DNA of 64,000 bases from Rhynchopus sp. YZ270_cl-10 (taxonomy: Eukaryota), in contig OZ037841.1 in the NCBI GenBank assembly GCA_964035575.1, forward strand, positions 1,364,001-1,428,000, given 5' to 3'. The notes under the pieces were generated by a model, which was not told where the DNA came from, searched no databases, and worked only from the letters and a program-made list of their open reading frames with translations. Position numbers and translations under genes: made by a program. Positions 44,600 to 55,828 of the stretch are shown here, in pieces (position 1 is the first letter of the stretch; the number at the start of each line of letters is the position of its first letter).

Positions 44600-45770
44600 C
44601 ACCCCTCCCGCAAGCAGGCTTCGCGCTAACTTTTGGAAAAAAATCTGAAAAATCGTGTTTCGGGACCAAAAAAACGCACCTCAAATAGTTGTGCGTCAGG
44701 GGGGTGAAAAAACAGTGTTTTGTGGCATTTCCGAGCCAATCCCGCGTTGTGGTGGGGCATATTCGGGAAAATGGACAAAATTTTAGTGACTTAAATTTTC
44801 ACAAAATATGAACCCATACTCTTAAACAAGGGGCATTTTCAGGTCTGAAAACCCAAATTCAGATGAAATTGTGGTGTTTTGACTGGGAACAGGTAGCGCC
44901 GCAGGCGCACGGTACCCAACTTTTGTCTTTTTATTTTTCCCTTTTTTCTGCTTTCTTTTGATTGCACGAGCCGATTGCTCTCCACGGTGGGGTCACATGT
45001 GTGCGCAAAAACACTCTAAAGTACTCTTACTCTGAACGATGAGATTCCTCTGGTTTTAGTAAGGAAACCCCTGTTTGCAAAAAGTGCGTAAATTTCCTGT
45101 GGCTTTTTCCCGCCAAGAGGTCGTTTCGTTTCATTTCCGAACCAATCCCGGATTGTGGTGGGGGATGTACGGAAAAATGGACAAAAATGCAGCGACTTAA
45201 AATTTGACAAAACATGAGCCCATACTGGTAAACAAGGGTTATTTTCAGGTCTGAAAACCCAACGTACTGAAGAAGCTATCGGTAATGTAGTGATGGCGGT
45301 GGGGTTTCAGTGACCACAGAGAAGAGTGAGAAAACCCAGGACGGTTATGGCCTCGGAGGGGGTGTGCCCCATGGCGTCCTAATCAATCTTATCCGTGAGG
45401 GAGGGGGGATCATCCTCAGGGGGGATGTGGAGTCGTACTCAAAATAAAAAGAACTGTACATAAGTACATCATGTTTAAACATAAAGGAGGGTAGGAACAG
45501 GTAGCGCCGCAGGCACACGGTACCCAACTTTTTTCTTTTTTTCTTTTCCCTCTTCTCTGCTTTCTTTTGATCGCGCGAGCCGATTGCTCTCCACGGTGGG
45601 GTCACATGTGTGCGTGAAAACACTCTAAAGTACCCTTACTATGAAATATGAGATTCTCTGGTTTTCTTAAGGAAACCCCGGTTTGCAAAAAAAAAACGCA
45701 CCACAAAAATATCCAAAAATCCCGGGACAAAGGACAGAAGTTAGCGCAAAGCCTGCCCGCAAGGGGGGGG
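44600..45770. mobile_element. Non-coding derivative of the 32918-38091 hAT family (alternating left/right subterminal blocks)
   Basis: ~44720-44843 and ~45135-45250 match ~33140-33263; ~44893-45000 and ~45500-45610 match ~37725-37835. Outer inverted motif GCAGGCTTCGCGCTAACTT / AAGTTAGCGCAAAGCCTGC. Confidence 0.7.
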
Positions 45771-46043
45771 TTTTTTTTTCTTTTACATTTTCCAGGAGTT
45801 TTTCATACAGTGCAACGAGGCTAAGTCGTCCTCGCTATGGCCGGATAAGAAAAACTCAGGCGTGGTCCCCTGCTGAGGCGTACTTAAACGCAAAAGTCAC
45901 CCCGAGAACGCTCAGCCGTGCTTTAGATATATTTTCCAGTCAGGCCATTTGTTCAGGCGTACTAGGCCTCGCTTGCCTCGTATTGTTTTGATTAGTGTTG
46001 TGCCTTTTTTACGTTCCCCATTTTTTTTACCCATCCCCCTTTT

Positions 46044-46762
46044 TGGGGTGATCTGGGGTCTTTTTTTTCAAGATTATTCACTAGCCATTCACAAAAATTC
46101 ACGAAAACCCACACACCCGCGTATCACGTGTGTTTCCGCCTCGTTGTGAATTTTTGTGGTTTTTTTGTGGTTTTTGGTGTGGGTGCATAACCGATTACCC
46201 GTGTTTCTACCAGTTTAAACGCCGGCATTTGCATTTCCGGAATCCGCCCGGCCAGTGGTGGGGTCAATTTGCCGAAATGGACAAGTTCTCGTTTTTGGTC
46301 AATTTCCACAGTATACACAGTGTACACAGGGGATTGGGAGTACAGTACAGTACAGTACAGTACAGTACAGTACAGTACAGTACAGTACAGTACAGTACAG
46401 TACAGTACAGTACAGTACAGTACAGTACAGTACAGTACAGTACAGTACAGTACAGTACAGTACAGTACAGTACAGTACAGTACAGTACAGTACAGTACAG
46501 TACAGTACAGTACAGTACAGTACAGTACAGTAGTACTACCTCCTTGCAAACCCCAAAAAAAATCACAAAACCTGCACTAGCGATTCACATAAATTCACAA
46601 AAGTTCACAAACATTCACAAAAATTCGCATCACCTGCACAAAACATTCACATTCATTCACAAAAACTCCCACACCCGCGTATCACGTGCGTTTTCGCCTC
46701 GTTGTGAATTTTTGTGAATGGCCGGTGAATAATCTTGAAAAAAACGACCCCAGATCACCCCA
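46044..46762. mobile_element. MITE with TGGGGTG...CACCCCA ends, ~60-bp TIRs, 5-bp TSD CTTTT, internal CAGTA microsatellite
   Basis: TIR TGGGGTGATCTGGGGTC..CAAGATTATTCAC; TSD at 46039-46043 and 46763-46767. Confidence 0.85.
46339..46532. repeat. (CAGTA)n microsatellite, ~38 copies
   Basis: Directly visible. Confidence 0.97.
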
Positions 46763-48043
46763 CTTTTGAGTCACAGTTACCAAGTGCGAGCCTTGGCTCG
46801 CCAACATTTTCTTTTTTGTGGGACAGGAAAGACCGCTTCTTCTATTACGCGCCCACAGTACATGAGTTCAGTTTAGTTTTTCAGTATTTTTTTTTTCTCT
46901 TTTCCATTGCTCCGCGAGGTTGCACCCATGCCAGATTTTTTTTTTCTTGCGCTATTCTGATGATTGAAGGCTGAAGTAGAGACATCTTCAGGTTGCTGTC
47001 GGGGATAGCTGGAGATGGCACCGTGTATCTCAGAGGAGTGTCTGCACCTTATCTACATCACCTTGTTGTTTTTTCCCCCCAGTGCCTGCGCCCAGAGGTG
47101 TGTGCACTATTAATTTTACTTCATTTTCTTATGGAGCTGCCATACAGCGCAGTCAGGGTCCTTTCCACCTCTAAAGCTATTACCACACTCGCGGGATGAA
47201 GTGTGCCGTCTGTATTTCCTCCCGTACACGACGTTGAAGTAAATTACTTTACTTGTGGTTTTACATGTCATTTTTTTTAGTTGTGTTTAAGCTGTACGCT
47301 TACGTTTTTACGTGTGCCACAAGTAAACTATTTTCACAAGTAAAATTACATGTAAAATCACAAGTAAAGTCATTTACTTCAACGTCGTGTAGGTCGGAGG
47401 GGGTATGCGGGACTATTCTGTATTGTCCTCAGGGAGGTGAACGTCCCTGCCCCTACTAAATGCAAGTTAAACCCTGGCAGGGTATAAATGCTGGGCCAGT
47501 GGCTACCCCATGCTATGAAGGGTGTTGCTGAGCACCCTGAGCATGAAACAGCGACGTCAGAAGTCAGGCCAGAGCTTGCTCCACACCTTGGGGTTATGGC
47601 GTGCTGCCTGGAAGAACATCCACGTAAATCACTAAGAGAGGGTGAGCCCCACTGTCGGTACACGCCAAGAGCGATCCCGTGCTGTAATCTTTACAGCTCT
47701 TCAGCAGAAGGTGGGCCGCTGGCTGATGAGCGGTTGTGTTCACACTACGGTACGGGTAATCCATGTGGTTTCTTTTTTATACCTTCTGTTGTTGGCCGGG
47801 TACTGCTTGCTTTTTCATACGAGGCTGGCATCATACGTCAGTCGGAGGTATCTGCATCAACAACTACAGTTTTTTTTGTTTTGTTTTGTTATTGTATTTT
47901 TACGATTTTCAAACGCGCGTTCAAAAAAAAGAGAGGCGTGCATTCGTCTACAAATGCCGAACTCTTTTTTTTCGAACGCGCGTCTTTTTTCCCCTCTTTC
48001 TTTGGTACATTCATTGCACCCTATTATACTTTCTAGTAGAATA

Positions 48044-48699
48044 CAGTCCAACCTCTATTTTATAGATTTCTAATTTATAGAATGGCCAAAAATGGCCGGA
48101 AATTAATTAATTAATCTATAAATTACAAATCTATAAATTGCGATTCTATAAATTATAGATGGGTGACCTAGCCCCTACCGTTGCCCCCTTGTATACCCAC
48201 CCCTGCTACCCGCCACCACTCATAATCTCTACAGTTTACCCACTTTCACCTTCACTTTCACTTTCACTCATAAAATGTCCCTGCCCACTCTGTGTTGAGA
48301 ACGCGGAACAAAGCCACCCAGACCCCTTCTTCTCTCTCCAACGTGCTAAGAGAGATGTTGAAGAGCGAGCAGGTTCTCGCCGGGGATGAGGAGGCCATCC
48401 AGGCCTTTCTGAACAGAGCGCTGATGGATGATGATGAGCAGCAGCAGCAACAGCAGGAGGCGCAGCCTTGCGGGTTTGCGGGTTTACACACCACATCCTA
48501 CAGGAAAAATACAAAATACCTTACCACACCATACCATACCATCAAAAAATTTTCCGGCTCCGCCGGAAAATTGAAAAAAAATTAATTAATTATTTTCCCC
48601 TCTCAAAAAATTCCTAAAATAAATTATTTATTCTATAAATTATAATACTACAAATTAGGATTCAAAAAATTAAAATGCTATAATTTAGAGTTAGGACTG
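48044..48699. mobile_element. Tc1/mariner-pogo-like non-autonomous element with TA TSD
   Basis: TA-CAGTCCAACCTCTATTTTATAG ... CTATAATTTAGAGTTAGGACTG-TA, with repeated CTATAAATT subterminal motifs. Confidence 0.7.
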
Positions 48700-50030
48700 T
48701 AGAAAGTATATGGAATAATTTTTCTTTCCCCCTTTTTCGAACGCGCGTTCGGAGCCTATTACACGCAGTTATTAGAAACCGGAACAATATAGCCAACGTT
48801 ACCATCGTCTAATTCTGACTATTTTCTCTCCCTCCCGTGAAAAACTGTCTAGCTTTAAGCTTGTGGTCCATCGCGGCTGTTTCCAGAATTGTGCAACATC
48901 GCAGCGCTTGCCTCTAGGAGCTATTTCCCTGTAGGCGTGCAGGGGAAGCATGTTTCAATATTTGTCTCCCCCTTAGTTTTGTATACGTACCTCCTCCTAT
49001 GCTATCAATTTATTGATTGCATAATAATTTATGATGAAAATACTTTATACGAGTTTTTTTTTATACTGCATGTTCCAAAAAATGGAACAGAAAACCCCAA
49101 TTACTTCCTGTGTGGCTATGGGAAGTTGACAAAACGCACATTACACATACACAATCACCCCTCCTCCCTCTCTGCCTCCCTACAAGCATCCTTCTTTTGT
49201 ACTCAGGTAGCTACGTAGCCTTCAGGGAGGCAATCGTGTGCTAATACAGAAAGTATCAGTCAAGGCTGTCCTTACAGACGCATGCCAAAGCGGCCGCCAC
49301 ATGGGTGTGGACTTTAGATTGAAGTTTCATCATTGTACTAGCCCAGGGAGGGTTCCCGGCTACCGGCGAGGTCTCTTCCAATCCGTTCCCTAGTTTCCTA
49401 GGGGGGCCTCCTTGGCTTCACTGGCTAGGGCTCTGCAGGTCCCTCCACACATGTTGTGTGCCTGCCTTCAGCACCCAGGGTAGCATACCCAGCACCTTTT
49501 ACCCTCAGGTCAGACCTTCATAGAGTTTCAGGAGGAGTGCCACAAAAGGGCCCCCGGATGCAATTTAACGTCCAGCCCAGGACGTACTTCTTTTTTTTAT
49601 ACCTATCTCCCCATACTTTCATTTACCCTCCTGTCATTACTTATTTTAGCATGAAAGGCTCAGGATGTTAAGATTTTTTTGTTTTTGTTTTTTACACCTT
49701 CTCTCACTTCTTTGTATTTGTACACACCGCGCCCGTTTTTAACAAAGTGTCGGTCAGATTCGGCAACAAATTTTGTAAAGGAGAAGGGCATACGTTATGT
49801 ACCGCACAGTCCCATCTCCCAACACCCCCCATCATGTCTCTATTTTTTTGCTCTGGTTTTATGTTTCTCTGCAAAATAAATTGGTGTGATCGGAACCCAA
49901 ATTCCCCGTACTTTTCCCGTCTGGCTTCCGACCACACTAATAAGTGCATCACCAGAGCAGATAGCGCACCGATTTCTAGTTATTTTTCGGCCCACTCTTC
50001 AAAACCTAGCGTGTTCCAGCGCGATAACTA

Positions 50031-50068
50031 AAGATGTGTGTGCACGAGAGGCACTCATCTTCAAGTTT
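50031..50068 (+). other. GNRA hairpin subfamily B (also ~13779, ~31160, ~39672)
   Basis: AAGATGTGTGTGC-ACGAGAG-GCACTCATCTT-CAAGTTT: same loop and basal stem as subfamily A, different upper stem. Confidence 0.7.
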
Positions 50069-50720
50069 GTTGTTTCCAACTTTCTTTCGATATCCGCAGA
50101 CGTGTTAAACAGGAGCACGGACAATCGGATGTGTTGAAAAAATACTCATCAAACTCAAAACCTGTTTGTGTTTTTTTCTTTCTTTCCTATTAGTTTTCGT
50201 TTTTCATTTACTTTTTACATTATTTTCATTTCTTTGGATGACTAAGCACGCTTAGGATCTTTATTTTTGTCTATTTTGTTGCGATTAGCAATGCGGCTGG
50301 TAAGCCGCTTGTCTACAAAAAAACGGAGTTCCGAAAAATGGACTTTTACATTAAAAAAGGCGTTCTTTAACTTATCACCCCGCTCCTCCCCCCTCGTCGC
50401 ACACCCCGCTAGAGTGTCCCTGTTGTGTCGTACCCTTGCACAGAGAGAGCTAGAAATATTGTCCAACAAGAATCTTCAAAACTAAAAAAATGACCAATCC
50501 AAACCTATCTCGCCCAGGGTCTAGGTACCCTGGGTTTCCATTGATCCCCGTTCGTTACCTGACGAGTGGAGGCGGGAGGAGGACGTAGCGGTATCCACAA
50601 AATGAGAGGCAAGGAACTGTGGAGCTCAAACGGAAAAAGCGAGACGCCTACACGTTATCGGTTACGTTATCGGTTATTCAATTATTCAAAGGAAAATCCT
50701 GGGGGAGGGGGGAAAGCACA

Positions 50721-52811
50721 ATGCGCTGTCTTGAGGCGATTCTGTCGTTGGATGGCACACTAGACAAAAAGGGCGCAAGGAAGCGGGCGTTGTTCCTTGC
50801 CATCAATGTGGTGCTGTTTTTTATGGTGCTGAGTCTCATACTGATGCTGCTTGGGAACCTGCGCGGGGAGGTGGTTTACCTGTTCATCTTGTGTCTTGCA
50901 TTAGGGTTAGTCGTCGGCAGCTTCACCGTGATCGTCTGCAAACGCAGGCTGTCGACAACACTGATAGTGGGGATGTCGGGCTTCTGTTGGCTGTGCGCCG
51001 TGGTTGTGGACGTCATGTCGCGTGCACAAACGAAAGTCTCGTGGCCCGTGATTGTGCTTATAGTTGACTTCGTCCTTGTGATGGAGGTGCCCGCACGATA
51101 CAGCACATTTCTTGTCTGTGCGACAGTGATGTACCTCATCGTCATGTCTGTCGAGGAAGGCTTCAGGTTTGGTCTGCTAGACCTTCCCGGCATTATGCAA
51201 CAGTCCAACCGCAGGAGGTACATGGATGAGATATCGCTATGCACGGAGCTCCCCTGTGCGCGGAACACCATGCCAGGCCTGCTTACAGCACTCATGGTGT
51301 TCGTGATAGACTTCATCGCAACGCGAGGCTTCGCGCGTGGTCTCCTGAAGGAGCAGGCATCAATGCAAAGTACTATCAACACCGTGCAAGAAATTGCAGC
51401 GCTCCTGGCTGGCTACGACGTGGAGCAAGTGGCAGAGCTGCTCAAGGCTCATGAGGGTGACCTGCCCGAGGGGATGACAGCGGCATTGAGGGGATTGGAG
51501 GAGAATTTAAGGAAGTACCGTCCGTACCTCCCTGCTGCGCTGTTTGAGGAGGATGAGGACGGTGTGCAGCAGCCGACTGCGGCACCTCCTGGGCTTGACA
51601 GCGAGACAGCAACGATCGTGTTCACAGACATCCGCGCGTCGACGTCGATCTGGGAGAACGCACCTGAGGGGATGCGTGCTGGACTGCAGATACACAACGC
51701 TGTGATGCGTGAGGTGATGCGGATGTGTGATGGGTACGAGGTGAAGACCATTGGTGACGCATTCATGATTGCCTTTGCATCCACTTGCGACGGTGTGTCG
51801 TTTGGGTTGCGTGTGCAGGAGCGTTTGTTTGAAGCAGACTGGCCTGCGTCTCTGCTTGAGGATGCACCAATCTGCTCTCGGCAGGGGTCGCTGTGGGGTG
51901 GTCTGACTGTGCGCATTGGTGTGAACACTGGCCCTGTGACGGTGGAGCAGAATACGCTGACGGGACGGACAGACTACTTTGGACACACAGTGAACGTTGC
52001 CTCACGCCTTGAGAGCACATGCACGCCTGGTGCTGTGGCTTTGCCCTCTGACCTGTGGACGTCTGTCTCTGAGTCGTGCAGTGCTGTTGTTGGTGTGCCA
52101 GAGGCAGTTCACTTGAAGGGTGTATCGGGGAGCACGTTGGTGTGCTGTGTGTGGCCTGTCTCACTTGGTGGACGAAAGGGCACGGCACTGCGCGAGTGCG
52201 CATTAGCAGACATGAAGGCTATGACCGATTCGGTTAGCGTGTTTTCAACGGTACCTTCTGAACCATCTTCTGTGTCTTCGTACCGATTGGCACACACGAC
52301 CCGCCAGGTCTCTGGAACAGTGGGAGTTGCACAGCTTGCAGTGGGCGACGTGGGACACAGCACAGCCTTCCCTCACATGAGCTCAAGGATTGATGTACTG
52401 ACGATTGCACTGGAGCAGAGTGGAGGGAGTCTGGTGACGCTACTTGGGAACTGTGTCTGTGTTGGGTGGAACGTGTCGCGTTCTGCACCTGCACACATGG
52501 AAAACGCGATACGGTTTGTGCAGCGCATGTCTGATAAGTCCGCACTGAACGGGGTTGGTCTTGCAAGCGGCCCTGTGCAGCACGGGGATGTTGGCGCACG
52601 GAGCCAGCGCTTTGTGACTGTGATGGGGGATGTTGTGCGTCGGAGTTGGGCGCTGTGCGAGGAGGCTGTGCGTGACGGGGTCGTGTGTCTGTACGAGCCT
52701 CCTGAAGGGACAACACTGCCGTCTGCACTTGAAGACGTTCTTGTCCGGCACAAGGGTTGCTACCGGGTACTTGAGGCACAGGACAACAGGGAACGCGACA
52801 ATGTGGTTTAG
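50721..52811 (+). CDS. Multi-TM class III adenylate/guanylate cyclase
   Basis: About six N-terminal TM helices; TIVFTDIRAST, YEVKTIGDAFM, RIGVNTG, DYFGHTVNVASRLES; a degenerate second cyclase-like domain. Confidence 0.92.
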   Translation: MRCLEAILSLDGTLDKKGARKRALFLAINVVLFFMVLSLILMLLGNLRGEVVYLFILCLALGLVVGSFTVIVCKRRLSTTLIVGMSGFCWLCAVVVDVMSRAQTKVSWPVIVLIVDFVLVMEVPARYSTFLVCATVMYLIVMSVEEGFRFGLLDLPGIMQQSNRRRYMDEISLCTELPCARNTMPGLLTALMVFVIDFIATRGFARGLLKEQASMQSTINTVQEIAALLAGYDVEQVAELLKAHEGDLPEGMTAALRGLEENLRKYRPYLPAALFEEDEDGVQQPTAAPPGLDSETATIVFTDIRASTSIWENAPEGMRAGLQIHNAVMREVMRMCDGYEVKTIGDAFMIAFASTCDGVSFGLRVQERLFEADWPASLLEDAPICSRQGSLWGGLTVRIGVNTGPVTVEQNTLTGRTDYFGHTVNVASRLESTCTPGAVALPSDLWTSVSESCSAVVGVPEAVHLKGVSGSTLVCCVWPVSLGGRKGTALRECALADMKAMTDSVSVFSTVPSEPSSVSSYRLAHTTRQVSGTVGVAQLAVGDVGHSTAFPHMSSRIDVLTIALEQSGGSLVTLLGNCVCVGWNVSRSAPAHMENAIRFVQRMSDKSALNGVGLASGPVQHGDVGARSQRFVTVMGDVVRRSWALCEEAVRDGVVCLYEPPEGTTLPSALEDVLVRHKGCYRVLEAQDNRERDNVV

Positions 52812-52857
52812 TCGTGATTGCGTCTACACGACATTTGTGCTTTTGCAACCGATATTG

Positions 52858-53671
52858 TGGGGTGTCCCGGGCACGGCGTAATTCATGTGTATTGGGGCGT
52901 AATGGAGTGTAATGGAGGGAATTTAAACTTTTTGCTTTTTTTGCGTTTTCCCCCCGTTTTTTCAACACGAAAAGTCCAAAAAAGGTGACAACAAATTTTT
53001 TTTTGGCGAGTGGAGCAAAAAAAATTTACCTGGCTGACCATTGCCGAAGGAATTTTGCACTTTTTACCACCACAGATTACACGTTGTTTTACGATTTTTT
53101 CTATGCACTCATGCGTGCTGGGAAGCATGCCACCGGTGTTAATTTTTTACTGGCGTGGCTACATAACCGATTCCCCATGTTTCTACCGTGTTTCTACACA
53201 GTACACAGTACACAGTACACAGTACACAGTACACAGTACACAGTACACAGTACACAGTACACAGTACACAGTACACAGTACACAGTACACAGTACACAGT
53301 ACACAGTACACAGTACACAGTACACAAAAATGACCAAAACAGCTGATGTTTTGGCCGAATGCCACCCTATCAGGAATATTTTCCTGTATTCACACAAATT
53401 TTTTCTGGCCTCAATACCCCCAACCTACACGATTTTCGGTTCCGGCAAATTTTTGGAGCACCAAATATCGCGAAAAATTTCAATTTTTTTGGTGTCGTCC
53501 GCACATCCCTTTAGTAAAGACCAAAACACTGTAGCAACGACACCAAGGCGTTGTAATTCATGTGTAATGGGGTGTAATGGGGCGTAATGGGGTGTAAGTG
53601 GGTGAAAGTGGGTGAAATGGGGTGAAAGTGTGCGTAAGTGGGTGTTAGTGTGGTACCGCCGGGACACCCCA
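52858..53671. mobile_element. MITE with TGGGGTG...CACCCCA ends, 5-bp TSD TATTG, internal CACAGTA microsatellite
   Basis: TIR TGGGGTGTCCCGG / CCGGGACACCCCA; TSD at 52853-52857 and 53672-53676. Confidence 0.85.
53195..53326. repeat. (CACAGTA)n microsatellite, ~18 copies
   Basis: Directly visible. Confidence 0.97.
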
Positions 53672-53954
53672 TATTGCTTTTTTTTTTTACGATCATACAC
53701 ACGAGCTCTCTCTCTACGACTCATCTTATAACTATTTTTCTCCGCGAGTCATCTATCGGGTATCCCTTCCTCGCACTGGTTTTGTCGGGTTCACCAATGC
53801 AGTTCTTTACAGGACGCGTTGCACACAAAAAGTCCAAAATTTAATTTAGCCCAATTTCCACCAATATGTCACATCTCTGTTCCTCACTTCCCACCTCCAC
53901 CACCACCTCCACCACCACCTCCACCACCAACCTAGCTCTCGAACATCACACAAC

Positions 53955-55097
53955 ATGCCCTACGACATCAACGACGATGAAAACCGCCGCCTCGTCAACG
54001 ACGAGGAGGAGCTCTCCAAGGGCAAGACACCCCCTGCCTGGATGGTCCACGCAGCGCTGATCATCACACAACTCTCATTTGGCGGTGGCTCTGTGGTGGG
54101 CAAGCTTGGGGTCAGCGGCACCAACCCTGTTCTCTTTGCGCTTATCCGTGAGGGCATTGCGGGGCCGATGCTGATTGCGATGGCATTGTTTCAAAAGGTG
54201 GAGTGGCCGCGCCGTGAGCATATGCTGCGCCTCTTCTTCGCTGGGGTGTGCATCTTTGTGAACCAATTCTGTTTCATTGTTGGCCTGAAGCTGACGGACC
54301 CGACAACGGGGTCGGTGTGGCAGCCTTCACAACCTATCTTTGTTGCCACCCTCTCGATGATTCTCCGCTACGAATCGGTTGACCCCCGCAAAATCGCAGG
54401 AATTCTCTTTGCAGTCGCAGGCGCAACAGTCATGATTGTCATCCCTGGACCCTCCGACGACTCTAGCAGCGGCAGCGACAGCAACAGCAGCTCCGGGTCC
54501 GGCAGCGACGCCGCCTCGCACAACGTTATGGTAGGAAACCTTCTCTTCTTCTTGAACTGCTTCGGGACGGCCCTCTACGTGATCCTCACCAAGCCGCTTC
54601 TTGCACGCAAAGAATATATGTCCATCTCGATCACTGGCTGGTCCTACATCACTGCCTCCGTTCTCATGATGATCTCCGCGTTGGTCATCAACACCAACGA
54701 CTCCATGCTCAACTTCGTGTGCCCCCCGCATGACTGCCAAGGAGCGTGGGCCGTCCCTGGGTCGATGATCTGGGCTCTCGGGTACTGGATTTTTTTCAAC
54801 TCTGTGCTCGCATACGCTCTTATGACATGGGCGAATGGGTTTGCAAAGGCCTCTGTAGTGTCCGTGTACACGGTGCTCCAGCCGGTTACGTCCGCAGGTC
54901 TGTCCATGCTGATCATCGCAATGAAAGGGCACCACTGGGCCGTCACAGAGAAGGGATTCGCGGAGCCAGGACTCAAAGATTTGGGTGCCATCGGGGTGTT
55001 CATTGGTCTCGGGTTTGTGGTGTCCAAGTCGACCATGGACGATGCGCGTGGTCTCCGTCAAGGTGATGACATCGATTCAGTGATTTCAGGAGCGTAG
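53955..55097 (+). CDS. EamA/DMT-family (WAT1-like) transporter
   Basis: About 10 TM helices in two repeats; NPVLFALIRE, GLKLTDPTTGSVWQPSQPIF and ASVVSVYTVLQPV motifs. Confidence 0.9.
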   Translation: MPYDINDDENRRLVNDEEELSKGKTPPAWMVHAALIITQLSFGGGSVVGKLGVSGTNPVLFALIREGIAGPMLIAMALFQKVEWPRREHMLRLFFAGVCIFVNQFCFIVGLKLTDPTTGSVWQPSQPIFVATLSMILRYESVDPRKIAGILFAVAGATVMIVIPGPSDDSSSGSDSNSSSGSGSDAASHNVMVGNLLFFLNCFGTALYVILTKPLLARKEYMSISITGWSYITASVLMMISALVINTNDSMLNFVCPPHDCQGAWAVPGSMIWALGYWIFFNSVLAYALMTWANGFAKASVVSVYTVLQPVTSAGLSMLIIAMKGHHWAVTEKGFAEPGLKDLGAIGVFIGLGFVVSKSTMDDARGLRQGDDIDSVISGA

Positions 55098-55828
55098 AAC
55101 AGGAGAAATAATGTGAAAAAAAAGAGCCCCGATTTTGCTCTTTGTGTGTCTCATTAAAAAAACTACTGATTTTGACTGATTTCGAGTCGAAAAGAAGTCA
55201 TGTGTTAGTAGTAAAGCGACATTTTAGCAAAATAAAAATGAGGAGTATTCTTTGACACATACAGTATGGTGTACGGAAATCATAACAAAAGCAAAAGAAA
55301 AAAGAGAGAAGGGAAAAAAAAATAAAGTGGAGTTCATCCTCGGGTGTCTACACTAAAACAACCAAGTTTTCAAAATAAAATAAAACAGATGATAAAGCGA
55401 TGTACCGATATCGTTGTATACAAAATTTCGTGCGCTGATGTTGGGAAAGCCAAAAATAAAAAAAGGTTTGGCAGATTCCACTTCAGTACAAGCGTGGCTC
55501 AACATATTCACCCACAAAAAACGTTTGTTTGTACCCATGCGGTAATATATCTGGGGTGTAAAAAAAAATTTTGTACAGAGCTATGGGCAGAAATCGGGAA
55601 CCCCCACCACCGCACCCCACCCCCATCCGTGATTTACTTTTTTTGTGTTATTCTCGTTTCTGAATTTGGAAAGATGTGTGTGTACCGTGTATCCTTTGTG
55701 TTCATGCTAAATACAGGTGACCATGCCATGTCTGGTTCATCTCGCAATCTTTTTCTCAAGGTGACGAAGCACGGTGAGGCTTAGGTTCATCTTATAAAAA
55801 CTTTTCTTCCCCCCCCCCCCCCCCCCCC

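Noticed and set aside
46124..46717. ORFs with VQYST/CTVLY repeats (also 52985-53587, 30728-31063)
   Set aside because: Translations of microsatellites.
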